A stretch of DNA of 64,000 bases, from contig NC_068984.1 in the NCBI RefSeq assembly GCF_001194135.2, positions 129,692,260 through 129,756,259 of the forward strand. The letters run 5' to 3'. Each line of letters opens with the position of its first letter. Positions within the stretch are counted from its first letter, which is position 1. The DNA is from Octopus bimaculoides. Taxonomy: Eukaryota. The notes below the pieces were generated by a model. That model worked only from the letters and a program-made list of their open reading frames with translations. It did not search any database and was not told the origin of the DNA. Of the stretch, positions 12,867 to 25,390 are shown in pieces. The position numbers and the translations under genes were made by a program.

Positions 12867-13939
12867 CATATTTTTTGTAGGTTTCTTCTTAGACTATGTT
12901 TTGTTGTGGTATTATCCTTTACTACTGAATGGTAATAATTTCAGTCGATTTTATATTTTGATATTTTTCATCTGATGAAGATAATCTGTAAATGATTATG
13001 GAAACATATAATGACATACGCTATGTGTTATCAATATTTATTTAATACACTATATGTATTTGTCTGCACACTTCGTTCTTTTTTTATCTGGTTTGCAAGC
13101 TTCTTTTTGTGAATTCATGTGTTTGAAACAAATTTATTAATGTCTAGGGAGATACATTATGTCAATATAATTAACACACTGGTTCAATTCTGAGAAGGCT
13201 GCAAGAAGCAGCAAAAGAGCTTTGACAAACAAAAACAAAACAGTCGATATTTAATAGATGAGTGGAATTGAACCAGTGTGTGTGTGTTAATTATATTGGC
13301 ATAATGACTTTCCCTGTATACACTTATTCGACTATTAATTATGCTACTTTGTTTATTCCACTATATTATGTTATCGTTTATATTCAATTTACTGAGAGAT
13401 TTCATGTACACACATGTATTTCTCGCTTTAAGAAGAACAAAAAAAAAGGTAGGGAAGAAAGAATTCAAAATTCTAAATTGAAAATTCATAAGGTCAAGGT
13501 GTGTTGGTGCCTTTTTGATGTGTATACATGAAATATCGTTCTTCAAGAACTTTTGCAGTGAATATGCACAATAATTCACTGTGGAGTGGTTCATGATAAG
13601 AAAGGCATCCAGCCATAGAAACTTAGCCAAAACAGACTATAGAACCTGGTGCAGCCCCTGACCTGGTCAGTTCCTGTCAAGCCATCCAATCCATGCCAGC
13701 ATGGAAAAGGGATGTTAAATGATGATGATGATGAACGCTTGTTATGTATGATGGCAGCTTTTGCATTTAAAAAAACTGCTGTTCTTTGAAATTCTTTAGA
13801 AAATGGAACTTGTTTATAAGGTCATGTACCCATGTGTAAATATGCATATATTTTGGTAGTTTTTGAATACATATATATGCACAACATTTGTGAGAGTAGG
13901 TAGAGAATTTATTGTAGAATAAATTCTATAATAGGCATA

Positions 13940-14127
13940 AGTGTGGCTAAGTGGCAAGAAGCTTGCTTCCAAACCACAGTTCTGAGTTCAGTTCCACTGT
14001 GTGGCACCGCCTTGGGCAAGTGTCTTCTACTATAGTGTTGGGCTGACCAAAGCCTTGTGAGTGGATTTGGTAGACAGAAACTGAAAGAAGCCTGTTGTAT
14101 ATATATATATATATATATATATGTGTT

Positions 14128-14185
<58 letters not shown>

Positions 14186-14205
14186 TGTGTTTGTACCTCC
14201 ATCAT
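13940..14205 (+). mobile_element. SINE family B head half with expanded (TA)n(TG)n
   Basis: GTGGCTAAGTGG...CCTTGGGCAAGTGTCTTCTACTATAG...GAAACTGAAAGAAGCC. Confidence 0.8.
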
Positions 14206-14379
14206 GGGATTTTACCAACAGAACTGCATCTTCTATTTCAGGATAACCTTATTGTATGGAGTGCACACAGAAAGTTATATCCAATAAAATAATATAAGCA
14301 TTTAAAAACCTACTATAAAATACAATAAAATTACTTGCAAAAATATTAGAAAAGATATATATAACTTACCTGTTATTAG

Positions 14380-15813
14380 TCTGTGGGGAAACAAGATATT
14401 TTTAATCAACACTACACGTGTTTCTGTGCCGGTGGGGTGTTTATCAAGGCTATACCTAATACATAAATCCACCAGTGCGTCCTCAGGCTATTTACATATT
14501 ATAAGACACATTAAATAGAAAAATAAGAATATGAATAAAAATATAATAAAGATATATAAATTACAAATATATTTTTAAAAATTAAAAAATTAAGAAAATT
14601 TTAAAAATTGAATATTAAAAAAATTAACACTTAAAAGTACATTACCGATATAAATAGAAAATGCTAAACCTAAGGAAGCCCTCAACGACTATATTATAAA
14701 CACATCAAATCCTACAACCGATCTATATTAACATTATGGGAATTAATAATTAAGTGTAAGATTTACCTCTATCTATATAAGTATAAATTACCATTTTTTA
14801 TGCCAAACGTAAGTTAATAGTATTTAAAAAGATTATTTAGTAAAAATCTCTATATACGTTATAAATTTATTGAATAAAACTAATAAAAAACAAGAAAAAC
14901 CTAGTAAAAAAGTTAAGAAAGGAAGAATACTTATCAACATAATGTTTAATCCTCATTCCTGTGCAAAGGACTGCTCCCTCTGTCATGTATTATGGGAATA
15001 ACATAGATAAAATAAAATAGTCTGAAAAATTCTCTAATATTAGAGAGGTTGAATTCGAGGGGAGATGATAATTAGATACTCTTAAATATAGCTGTAATTG
15101 GATTTTTTTATATAGTGTTTAAAATTTAGAGATTTATGTTAGATTAAATGTGGCCTGTCTATTCCTTTTAAGGTAATATTTTAAAATAAATTCTTGGTTC
15201 CTGGTATATCCATATCTACTACTACTATAAAATTCTATTATAACTGCATTTAACTATCTTCCTCATAATTGTTTAAGAGATTGCATCCTGGGTGGTGGAG
15301 TTATAATTTTATGTAGTTTTAATTTTATTATACTTAAAGTTATTTTTATGTCAGCATTTTATTCCTCTCTCTTCAATACTGGAGTATTTTCATAAACTCT
15401 ATTGTGCATAATAAGCACATTTTATTACCTATACTATATGACTTCACTCTACAAATGATATTCCAATTAAGGGTGTATTCTATTTTATTAGATTTCAACT
15501 CCCATATGTATTTACTTAGACCTGTCGAATTTATTAATTTGAGATTTTTGAAGGACTGGTAATGCTGGGATATTCTTTTAATTTCATTTGCTGTGGATCC
15601 TATATATTCTTTCTTCATCTTATTAGAGATTACTGTGCATTTATAAATTATGTTGTCTAGGTTGCAATTATTATTAGGCCTACATTTGGATTTGTCTTTA
15701 CATGTGCATTTATCTAAAATACGGTTATGTTTTTTGTTTGTTATATTTCTTCCATAGCTATTGTTACTATTAGTTAAATTGTTATTATAGAATTTGTTTA
15801 ATTTGACATTGTT

Positions 15814-15815
<2 letters not shown>
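14380..15815 (-). mobile_element. Penelope-like element 3' remnant (Naiad-type): linker, GIY-YIG endonuclease and long AT-rich 3' region
   Basis: ORF 15373-15861: HNRILDKCTCKDKSKC..NNC..IIYKC..KEYIGST..RISQH..STGLSKYIWELK..W.I..Y..CLLC..E. A frameshifted KC(R>stop)HK follows. Confidence 0.85.
14407..14490 (-). ncRNA. Degenerate hammerhead-ribozyme-like motif at the end of the Penelope-like element
   Basis: Minus strand: CTGAGGA (14486-14480), stem arms CGCACTGGTGG/CCACCGGCACA, then GAAA C ACGT GTA with a palindromic stem III loop. Stem I is weak. Confidence 0.4.
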
Positions 15816-15855
<40 letters not shown>

Positions 15856-15877
15856 GGACAAGCCAGTTTAAACTAGT

Positions 15878-15960
15878 TGATCAGGACCTATTTTTCGAAA
15901 GTCATCACTGGTGATGAAGGCTGGTGTGACAGAATTAGATGTGGAAGAGGTGAAGAGAAA
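15878..15960 (+). mobile_element. Mariner transposase fragment
   Basis: 15901-15927 translates VITGDEGWC, resembling the mariner ITGDE(S/T)W first catalytic Asp motif. Confidence 0.5.
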
Positions 15961-16346
15961 ATGGGGATGGCCAGTTTAAGCTGAACCCTTTATGGACGGG
16001 AAACCTAAGGTAACCCCATAAACTCGCCTTCCCCATTTTTAGTATATCCTGATCTACATCTTAGAGTGTGCTTTTTCTTTCAGATTTATGTTTTCTACAA
16101 ATGATATATAATATATATATATATATATCCACACATATGAGCATGCATTCATACATACATACATACGTACATACACACACATACATACATGCCCTCACAT
16201 CTATACACATACATACAGCTTTCAATAGGAATTTCACTAACTGTTCACTCAGATCTTTTGCATGAGCTCACCAATAAAACTGGAAATTTACACACAAAAT
16301 ACAATGAACTTATAATAAAAGAAATTAAATAGGAGCAATAAAAATA

Positions 16347-16604
16347 CAGTAATACCTCACTTTATGAGGACCTGCTTTACGAGACCCTGGCTTTATTAGT
16401 TTTATTTTATAATAAATATGAAGAGACTAAGCAGTCATTTTGTGTATGTGGCAACATTGGTTCTGACACGTCTACACAGCAACGGAGTAAAATGAAGGCA
16501 TAAAATTTTATTGCTACTATGGTAAATTATTGCTCTGCTTTATAAGTTTTCACTTTATGTGCAGTTTCTGGGAATAAATTAACATGTATATCAAGGCATT
16601 ACTG
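16347..16604. mobile_element. Tigger/pogo-like MITE
   Basis: TA|CAGTAATACCT ... AGGCATTACTG|TA short imperfect TIRs with TA flanks. Confidence 0.5.
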
Positions 16605-17559
16605 TAGATGGAAAAAAGTTCTCAACAATATAAATGATAAGGGTTATAAATTAGTGCAATGTTATTAGCAGTTAAAATAAGCTCGTGCCATGTTTGGACT
16701 AATAAACAAGCCATTAACAGTGTTTTGTCATGGAGAAAATTCGTTTATTATGCCAAATGTGAACTGGTAATAACATTGCATTTATACATATCACTGCTTA
16801 GTACTCCTACGTCATAATTATAAATTAGTGAACTAAATGTAGTCCTTTTAGACTAAGCCCTCTCATTTTAGCATTAAAGTTCATAAGCATAGCTTTTTTG
16901 AAAACTGATATATTAGACTGATTAGCTCCTCTAAGTCTGATATTAGTCATATTTCTAAGAACGGGCTGCATAATATAATCCCGAAAGTAAAAGGTTGTAT
17001 AAAAGTATCCTTTTGGAATAATTTGGATGAGGTAATACAATGATTTGTTGTTAGAAACATGCAGAAAACTTCTTACACATGCTGTCTCTGAGCAGATAGT
17101 TTTATACAAGGGAGATAATCATTTCCCCATAATATTTGGTGGGATTAGATCTTTGAATTTGTAATTATGGAATAAGAGAAAAGAGGCCTAGAATATTTCG
17201 TTTTTGTATTTGGTTTGCATGTCTTGATGTGAACCCATGCAGTGAAACAAATTTTGTTGTATCTCAGGATGGTCAATAATAATAATAATATTAAATACAC
17301 TAATTCTACTTCACTTCTTTATTATTATTAGCCAATTTGCTAACATTTAATCAATTAGCTAATCACTTGTTTGCTTAATTGTTTAGCCAATCAATCAATC
17401 AATCAATCAGTTAGGGCTCGTCAGAATCTTTTCGTTGCTATTCATGACCTCATCAATCACATCTGTTGTTGGTCTGCTTTACGTATATTTTTGTTGTTGT
17501 GGTTATTATGGAGTTCTTAAAATTTCTATTCAGTGGTAATTGTGAATAGCACTATTTCA

Positions 17560-18070
17560 TTCTGTTTTGAAATCATCAGCATGGCGTAACTCGAAGTATT
17601 AAACATTTTTTTAAATAAGACATTCCTAATAGAATGGAAAATACTGTCCAGAAGAAATTCATGGAAGTGTGTGTTTTTTTAAAACTTTTATTGTACAGTT
17701 TGCCATTAATAGCTGTTATACATCCATACTCCTATATTCTTGAATAAAACTCCTGTTTCCTCTAGAAAGGTTTCTTCTTTAACAGACAGGGATATAGACA
17801 ATTTCGGTAGCTAGAATACACTAATCTTATTCCAAGATCATTATTGGTCAGGAAAATTCAAATCTGATAATTTTGATATCACTACAGGCTCATCTGATTT
17901 AGTGCAAGTAACAGATTTAGAAGGCTTAATCCTCTTATATATATTAAATAGAAATATTCTGGATTTAGGTAGGAGTTTGTTCCATGCTGATTCTCTTTTT
18001 AAAACTTTCAATTAATCTTTATCTGACTTAGAATGATTTAGGAAATCTCACATTAATGTTCATGGATATA
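17560..18070 (+). mobile_element. Penelope-like (Naiad-type) reverse transcriptase pseudogene fragment
   Basis: With frameshifts: WRNSK..FFK.IPN..FIVQFAINSCYTSI and FDITTGSSDLVQVTDLEGLILL..SLFHADSL. These resemble PLE motifs WKN..WF..I.NK..FIQFDI..FYPSI and FDVTMGS.DGAEVCELVGL..GLYRDDGL as recalled. Confidence 0.55.
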
Positions 18071-18107
18071 AGTATGTATATATGCTGAAAAAAATATGCA
18101 GCCTCAC

Positions 18108-18302
18108 AGTATAGTCACCCCAACATCGCTTGACAACCGATGCTAATGTGTTTACATCCCCATAACTTAGCGGTTCAGTAAAAGAAACTGATAGAATAAG
18201 AACTAGGCTTACAAAGAATAAGACCTGAAGTCAATTTGCTTGACTAAAAGTGGTGCTCCAGCATGGCTACAGTGAAATGACTGAAACAAATAAAAGGATA
18301 TA
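18108..18302 (+). mobile_element. SINE family B, 3' half
   Basis: CAACATCGCTTGACAACCGATGCT...GGTGCTCCAGCATGGC. Confidence 0.85.
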
Positions 18303-19334
18303 AATGCATATTTGTGCACATAAACACCTATGCAAAATTTTTCACAGGTGTGTATGTGCATCATTAATTTCTTTTGCTGCTGCTCTTGCCAAAATTCATC
18401 AGTGATAGTCTGAAATAAGTTTTAATCCAACCTGGTGTGTGTATGTGTGTGTTTATTAATGTCTGTTTTCATGTTGAATTATTTATAAAAACAAATCAAC
18501 AATAAACTGAATAAGTACTCAACACCTTTTGGTAGAGTACATATTTATTAACTCTTACAAACAAAAAGCTGACAGTGACTGTAAAGTTTCAGCTTGCTTG
18601 CCATCATCAGACTGTAGATGTATGTATATGGAGAGAGGGAGTGACTGGCAGACAGACAGACATAGATTCTGTGAGTGAGTGAGTGTGTGTGTGTGTGCGC
18701 GTGCGTGTACGCGCGCGCGCGTGTACAGATCCAGGTTTCCTCATTAAGTTGCCCTCCTTTCAATTTCCTATGAAGCAGTCGCTAATCCTTCATTGAAAAT
18801 CTTATCTAGGCTTTAATCTCCTTTGAAGCTCATTACATAGGTTCAACTATTATCATATCAATGACTTACATGCATAGTTATATAAACATCATCTGTATAG
18901 CTGTCTCTCTTGTCTACTAGGCAGCTAATAACAGTACAGTACCTGAAGTGAATATTTAATCCATTTGAACTCTGTCTTTCTCTCTCTTTCTCTCTATTTC
19001 TCTGTCTGTCTATGTCTTTCTTCTCTCACTCTCTCTTTTCCTTCATATCGTTCTTTTACTCTATCTCTCATGTAAAACTCAGCATTTACTCTTTAAACCA
19101 GAGAAGTAATATGAAAATTTTGATTATTTCTCAATACCCACATATAATCAAACTAAAGACGACGAGGTAGTATTTTAAAGTCATGTATCAGTCGCATTAT
19201 TTTATACTTGATCTTAACTGAAAAACTGTGGTGCAACTTATTACATGGAGCAAAGCTAAAACCATGAAGGAAAAAGTTTTGTAGCAAGCTTTAACATTAG
19301 ATTAGGGATGCAACTTCATCATGAGTGCAGCTTA

Positions 19335-19630
19335 TACGAGGTGGTACCCCAAAGTAACTGGAAACATTTACTGTGGGACAAGCCTGTTGTAGTTCAGGTT
19401 TCTGCCACTAGATGTGATCCCCAGGCATCAGTCTGGCATCATTGTATGAAATTGTACTGCCACATAATGCATCTATATTTTGCAGTGTTTCTCCCCTGTT
19501 TGTCAACTTTTGAGATGAAACGATGAAATGGTGTGCTTCTGTGAAATTTTGTTTTCTGCTGGGGAAAACAGCAGCTGAAACAAGTGTCATGCTTCAAACA
19601 GCTTACAAGATCACTGCCATGGGAACATAG
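19335..19630 (+). mobile_element. Mariner 5' end: TIR-like TACGAGG... plus N-terminal transposase fragment
   Basis: About 19526-19630 translates KWCASVKFCFLLGKTAAETSVMLQTAYK, resembling the mariner KFCF.LGKTA.ET..ML..AY helix-turn-helix. Confidence 0.65.
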
Positions 19631-19676
19631 ACTAATCACCACCAGTTGTTAAGTGATGTAGGGAGACAAATACAAG

Positions 19677-19708
<32 letters not shown>

Positions 19709-20319
19709 TTTTCTATTAATATTTAGTAGAAGCACACTCTGTTAAATGGTTGGCATTAGGAAGGGCATCCAGCTGTAGAAACCATGCCACAGCAGACAGT
19801 TGGAATCTGGACTACTCCCTGCTAGCCAGATCCATGCCAAGCTGTCCAACCAATGCAAGCATGGAAAGTGAATGTTAAACAATGATGATGATATATTTAT
19901 ATAGCATTGTTGGCATAAGCGTTGATTAAATGTCAACCATTTAAAGTTAGTTTCACTGGTGGGCATAGATTCTGTTTATAGGTCAGTAAATCTATATATT
20001 AGTTTGGTTTAAGTAGAACCTGTGAGTGGCATCAAAAGTGCAAGAATAATATAAGAATATACTTGGAATGAATGGACAAAGAAATGATTGCAATCTATCT
20101 CTGGGTTTAATTAGAATTTCTTAGAATAATATTGCTTAATATGACATGTTTCTGAAGAAACATATATACATATACATGTATATATCTGTGTGTGTGTGTG
20201 TGTATTATATATATTATACTTGTATTATATATATATCTAATATTATAAATAATAAATACACACACATAATGCATGTATATATTATATAGTATTATATAAA
20301 TTATGTAGGCTTAGGAGTG

Positions 20320-20726
20320 GCTGTGTGGTAAGTAGCTTGCTTACGAACCACATGGTTCTGGGTTCAGTCCCACTGCGTGGCACCTTGGGCAAGTGTCTTC
20401 TACTATAGTCTCGGGCTGACCAAAGCCTTGTGAGTGGATTTGGTAGACGGAAACTGAAAGAAGCTCGTCGTATATATGTATATATCTAAGTATGATGTGT
20501 GTGTATATATGTTTGTGTGTCTGTGTTTGTCCCCCCCCCCCACATCGCTTGACAACTGATGTTGGTGTATTTACGTCTCTGTAACTTAGCGGTTCGGCAA
20601 AAAAGACCGATAGAATAAGTACTGGGCTTAAAAAGAATAAGTCCTGGGGATGATTTGCTCGACTAAAGGCGGTGCTCCAGCATGGCCACAGTCTAATGAC
20701 TGAAACAAGTAAAAGAGTAAAAGAGT
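20320..20726 (+). mobile_element. SINE family B, full length
   Basis: Head GGAGTGGCTGTGTGGTAAGTAGCTTGC through tail GAAACAAGTAAAAGAGTAAAAGAG. Confidence 0.9.
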
Positions 20727-21820
20727 ATATGCATGTGTGTATATTTATAGACACATATGTATATATGTATATGTATATACATATATAAAGGTAATGATGC
20801 ATACACAACACACAACACATGTACGCATGCGTACTTAATGTATGAGTATATATATATATATAATGTGTTTATATATATATGTATATATGTTGGGGACACA
20901 TAAAAGGTATCCAGCTGTAGAAGGGCATTCAGCCATAGAAACCAAGCCAAAACAGACTGGTACCTGGTGTAGCTCTTCACCTTACCAACTTCAGTCAAAT
21001 CATCTTACCCATGCTAGACCGTTGACTAATCATTAGTTCCTCTGCCCTTTATAGCCAGGATAATAAAACAGCATTAATTTAATTAAATTTAAGTGGTAAT
21101 ATCTAGAATGAATAAAGTTCAACTCAATCTTTCATTGCCTAATATAACAGCTTTCACTTAATTAAGCATAGATTAAACATTAATTAAATAATCAATGATA
21201 GATAAACCCATGTTTATCTATCTACTCTTTGGTCAATGCTTGCTTCCTTCAGTTCTGTAACTGATGAAATCTTTGACGATCTTGCTTCCAATTAATTAAC
21301 AGGATATTCTCATATGTGATCTATTGAATTAAGACTGAGGCTTACAATAAACCATTCTGAAATTTTTATCTTGTATCTTGTACTTGTGGTGGTGGCAGTG
21401 GTGGGGGCAGGTGGTCGCAGTAGCAGGTAGTGGCTGGTGGTGGTGGTGGTGGTGGTGGTAGCGGCGGTGGTCGTGGTAGTGGTGCTGGTATATTTGACGT
21501 CACAAACAAGGGGGGAAAAAGTTTTGAATAGAAAAGTGAGAGTGTAAGTATTTATATGTTAATCAGTTTTAGAGTTGCAGACATGACTTACTGTTTGTAA
21601 AATAAAATATTTTGTGGTGATCAACCATTGGTTAGTAAATGGATCAGCTGAAAAATAATTATAAAAAAAAAAAATACAAAAAAAATTTTTAAGACATTAA
21701 CGAAAGGGGAAAGGTATGGTGAGAGCTCAATCTGTGCGTGAGTGTGTGCGCGCGCACACACATACTTCACTTCCATCAATAGCAAGTTTTTCACCAGGGA
21801 TACCCTGGATTTTTCTCAGC

Positions 21821-21940
21821 TACTGTATTTCCCCGAAAAAATGACCTACTCCGAAAATAAGCCCTACCATGATTTTTCAGGATGTTTTTAATATAAGCCC
21901 TAGCCCTAGTCAAAAATGCATCAAAAATAAGACCTAGTTA
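21821..21940 (+). mobile_element. Tc2/pogo-like transposon terminal fragment
   Basis: TACTGTATTTCCCCGAAAA start with repeated (A)AATAAG(C/A)CCTA motifs. Confidence 0.4.
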
Positions 21941-22643
21941 AAAATGCATCAGCTTGTTGGCAAGACCATGTTATGTCTGCAAGATAAACCAACTACCGCA
22001 GCTTGGCTAAAGTCTGCGCTAAGTTGATGCATGCACAAAGTTGACGCCCTTGGCTTGACTGCCTTGTCCCCTAGGCAAGATGAGAGCAAAAATAAAGAGT
22101 TATTCTGTGGAGTACAAGAAAGGAATTGTGGAAAAGTCATATAACAAGAAACAGTGAAACATGGACTGCTGAGGACATGCGTAGGCTTGCAAGAAATGAA
22201 GCTAGTATGATCCACTGGTTGTGTAATGTCAGTATGTTATAAATGTTATAAATTGATTTGTTACCTTGAGATTATCTGTTCATGCAGTTGTTAAGTGGTG
22301 GTCATGGGACAATAAACAATACAAACATACCTGCACCTATATGTTCATATTTCTGTCTATTTATCTCTCTGTATATCTATATATCTTTCGATTATTCTCT
22401 CATTAGTGAATGTGATACAAATGGTAAGTGGGGCATAGAGTGTACATACTAAATTTCCATGTTTTTTTGTTTATGTTCAATGTTCTGTACTAATGGTGAT
22501 ATTTATTGTTATCTATCGCTCATCAAATTTCTATCAATACAAATTTGTACGTTTCCATGTTATGATCATGATGTCATTGAATCATGTCTCTGTCACAGTG
22601 AAGTAATTCATCTCTTCATGGTTTTCCATCTTATTATTGTTGT

Positions 22644-23242
22644 TTTTGATTTGCCTGGGTGATTTGGAGTTCCAGACCTTCTTTAGTTTGTGACAGCTTG
22701 TCCATGCTTGTGCCTTCTTGATCTTTATGTCTGCTTCTGAACTGCTCACCCAACCACTTAAGTACTTGAAGCTTTCGGCAATATTCAGTTTGGAACCGCT
22801 CAAAGCAAACAGTCGAATCATTGCTATTATATGGCAGTGAAACATGGAGACTGACAAAGAAATTATCAAACGGGCTAAATGGATGCTACACAAGGATGCT
22901 GCGAATGACCCTAAATGTGAAATGGTAGCAACATACGACAAATGAATGCCTTTATGGAGACCTGTTGAAAGTTAGTGAGGAGATCAGGCAAAGACAGCTG
23001 CAACTATCTCTGGTCACTGTGTATGCCACCCTGATCTGGAAGCATCCAAATTAGTCTTGTGAAACCAACTTCAGGTTAATGTAAGAAGCAGAAAATGTTG
23101 TCACACTTACATCAACAACTTGATGTAGATACTGGCCTGGAATGTATCCAGGGCTTTGAGGCAGTGATGTTGGACCTAGAAGTGTGGCGAGTGGACTTCG
23201 TTGCTGTGGTCCAAATTGAAAACAAGCCATAATAATAATAAA
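22644..23242 (+). mobile_element. 5'-inverted, truncated RTE-type LINE
   Basis: About 22646-22800 codes FKYL..W.SSEADIKIKKAQAW..RQIK on the minus strand. About 22800-23220 codes (K)ATVESLLLYGSETW..GCYTRMLR on the plus strand. (TAA)n tail; 11-bp TSD ATTATTGTTGT at 22633-22643 and 23243-23253. Confidence 0.85.
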
Positions 23243-23863
23243 ATTATTGTTGTAGTACAGCTATTCATATATCCTTATGAGTTTAGGTTATGAAGCTGTG
23301 AACATGTACATAAGGTTAAGTCTCTGCCTTGGATCTTCATGAGAAGCTATGAATTTTTTTTCTTTTTTGAGGCCTTCATCTGTGGTTAATGATCGTGAAT
23401 GAAGGTCCTAGTTGTTTGCTCCACCAGAAAAGTATCGTCTGTGGCTATCTCTCCAGTATAGGCTGCTCAATAGAATCCAGTTCTGGATAGTATGGTGCGG
23501 AGAACAGGTTGTTGCCCATGCAACATGACCCATCCCCACCACCACTCCATGTCATTGATGGATCCAAAGAAACAACATGGCCATTTCAATTTGGTACCAG
23601 CATCACAGGAATTGCTAGAATGAGGTTGTAGACAATGTCAAACTGTCTTGAGCTCCAGCTCCTGGTTTTTGTTCAGAGTTTATTCCTAAAGTTTTTCCAA
23701 TGGCTGGGTATGGCTGCAAGCAGTTTGGGATTTGGAATCAGGGTTTTCCTCCCTCTAGATGGATTGTTCCCCCAATCCCAAGTTAATGAGGTCTATGAAC
23801 TTTTTAAGGTCTTATGTATGAGCATGTTTATTACAAAAGGTCTTGTGTATGAACATGTTTATT

Positions 23864-24246
23864 GTTGGCACTCCGTCGCTTACGACATCGAGGGTTCCGG
23901 TTGATCCAATCAGCGGAACAGCCTGCTCATGAAATTAACATGCAAGTGGCTGAGCACTCCACAGACACATGTACCCTTAACATAGTTCTTGGGGGATATT
24001 CAGTGTGACATAATGTGACAAGGCTGGCTCTTTGAATTACAGGCACAACAGAAACAAGAAGTAAGAGTGAGAGAAAGTTGTGGTGAAAGAGTACAGCAGG
24101 GTTCGCCACCATCCCCTGCTGGAGCCTCGTAGAGCTTTAGGTGTTTTCACTCACTAAACACTCACAACGCCCGGTCTGGGAATCGAAACTGTGATCTTAT
24201 GACCGCGAGTCCGCTGCCCTAACCACCAGGCCATTGCGCCTCCACT
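23864..24246 (-). mobile_element. SINE family C (OR-type), full length
   Basis: 11-bp TSD ACATGTTTATT at 23853-23863 and 24247-24257. Confidence 0.9.
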
Positions 24247-24995
24247 ACATGTTTATTAAAAACTGAATAAACAGACCAAAAGGTCATTTGACTCACCTCA
24301 CATGCACACCAAAAACTTATTGCAGCAGTTATTTATGATTTAAATTATGCAAAAGAGTTAAGTAACATCGGAAGCTATGCTTTGCATGCCATATATTTCA
24401 GTTTGCCTGGTTATTTTCCTCATCTTAGCATTCATTGTACCATTGACTTTTATTCATTGGGAATCTTATTTAGTGTGACTCTATTATATTTAAACTAGTT
24501 TTTACATGATCTTAATTTAGAGATTGCTATGCTATACATAAAATAGGTTATAAAATAATATGAGTCAATGTTTTCTTTGTCTCTCTCATGAAATATACAT
24601 AATAAGAAAATGTTATGCTTTACTCATCATCATCATTAGTCATCATTATCATCATTATATGTTTGCTTTTCACGCTAGTATAGCTTGGACAGTTCATCAC
24701 CATCTCAGTCAGCTCTTATTCAGAATCACTGTCTTCTTATGCATGGTTTGGGGATCACATTTCTGTACATTTTATTTGAGCATGGCATTTACGGTTAACT
24801 GCCCTTCCTAAAACCAGCCACTGTGCAGTGTGTGTTACAGGTACATTTTTATCTTGGCACCTACACTAGAGAGGTTGTCATGTCCTTGAACAGTGGTTCT
24901 CAACCAGGGCTCGTATAAGATTTTGTTGTTGAAATTTATCTGCAATAAATTGGTTATACTTCTACAACACACAAAATATTTTAACAATTTAACAT

Positions 24996-25390
24996 AGGCG
25001 CAGGAGTGGCTGTGTGGTAAGTAGCTTGCTTACCAACTACATGGTTCCAGGTTCAGTCCCACTGCGTGGCATCTTGGGCAAGTGTCTTCTACTATAGCCT
25101 CGGGCCGACCAAAGCCTTGTGAGTGGATATGCTAGACGGAAACTGAAAGAAGCCCGTCGTATATATGTATATATATGTGTGTGTGTTTGTGTGTCTCTGT
25201 TTGTCCCCCTAGCATTGCTTGACAACCGATGCTGGTGTGTTTATGTCCCCGTCACTTAGCAGTTCGGGAAAAGAGATTGATAGAATAAGTACTAGGCTTA
25301 CAAAAAATAAGTCCTGGGGTTGATTTGCTCGACTAAAGGCGGTGCTCCAGCATGGCCGCAGTCAAATGACTGAAACAAGTAAAAGAGTAT
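24996..25390 (+). mobile_element. SINE family B, full length
   Basis: Complete head, body and tail. Confidence 0.9.

Noticed and set aside
15373-15861. Selenocysteine-encoding Naiad
   Set aside because: All visible conserved Cys codons are TGT/TGC. The TGA in KC*HK fits CGA (Arg) decay, and I found no convincing SECIS by eye.
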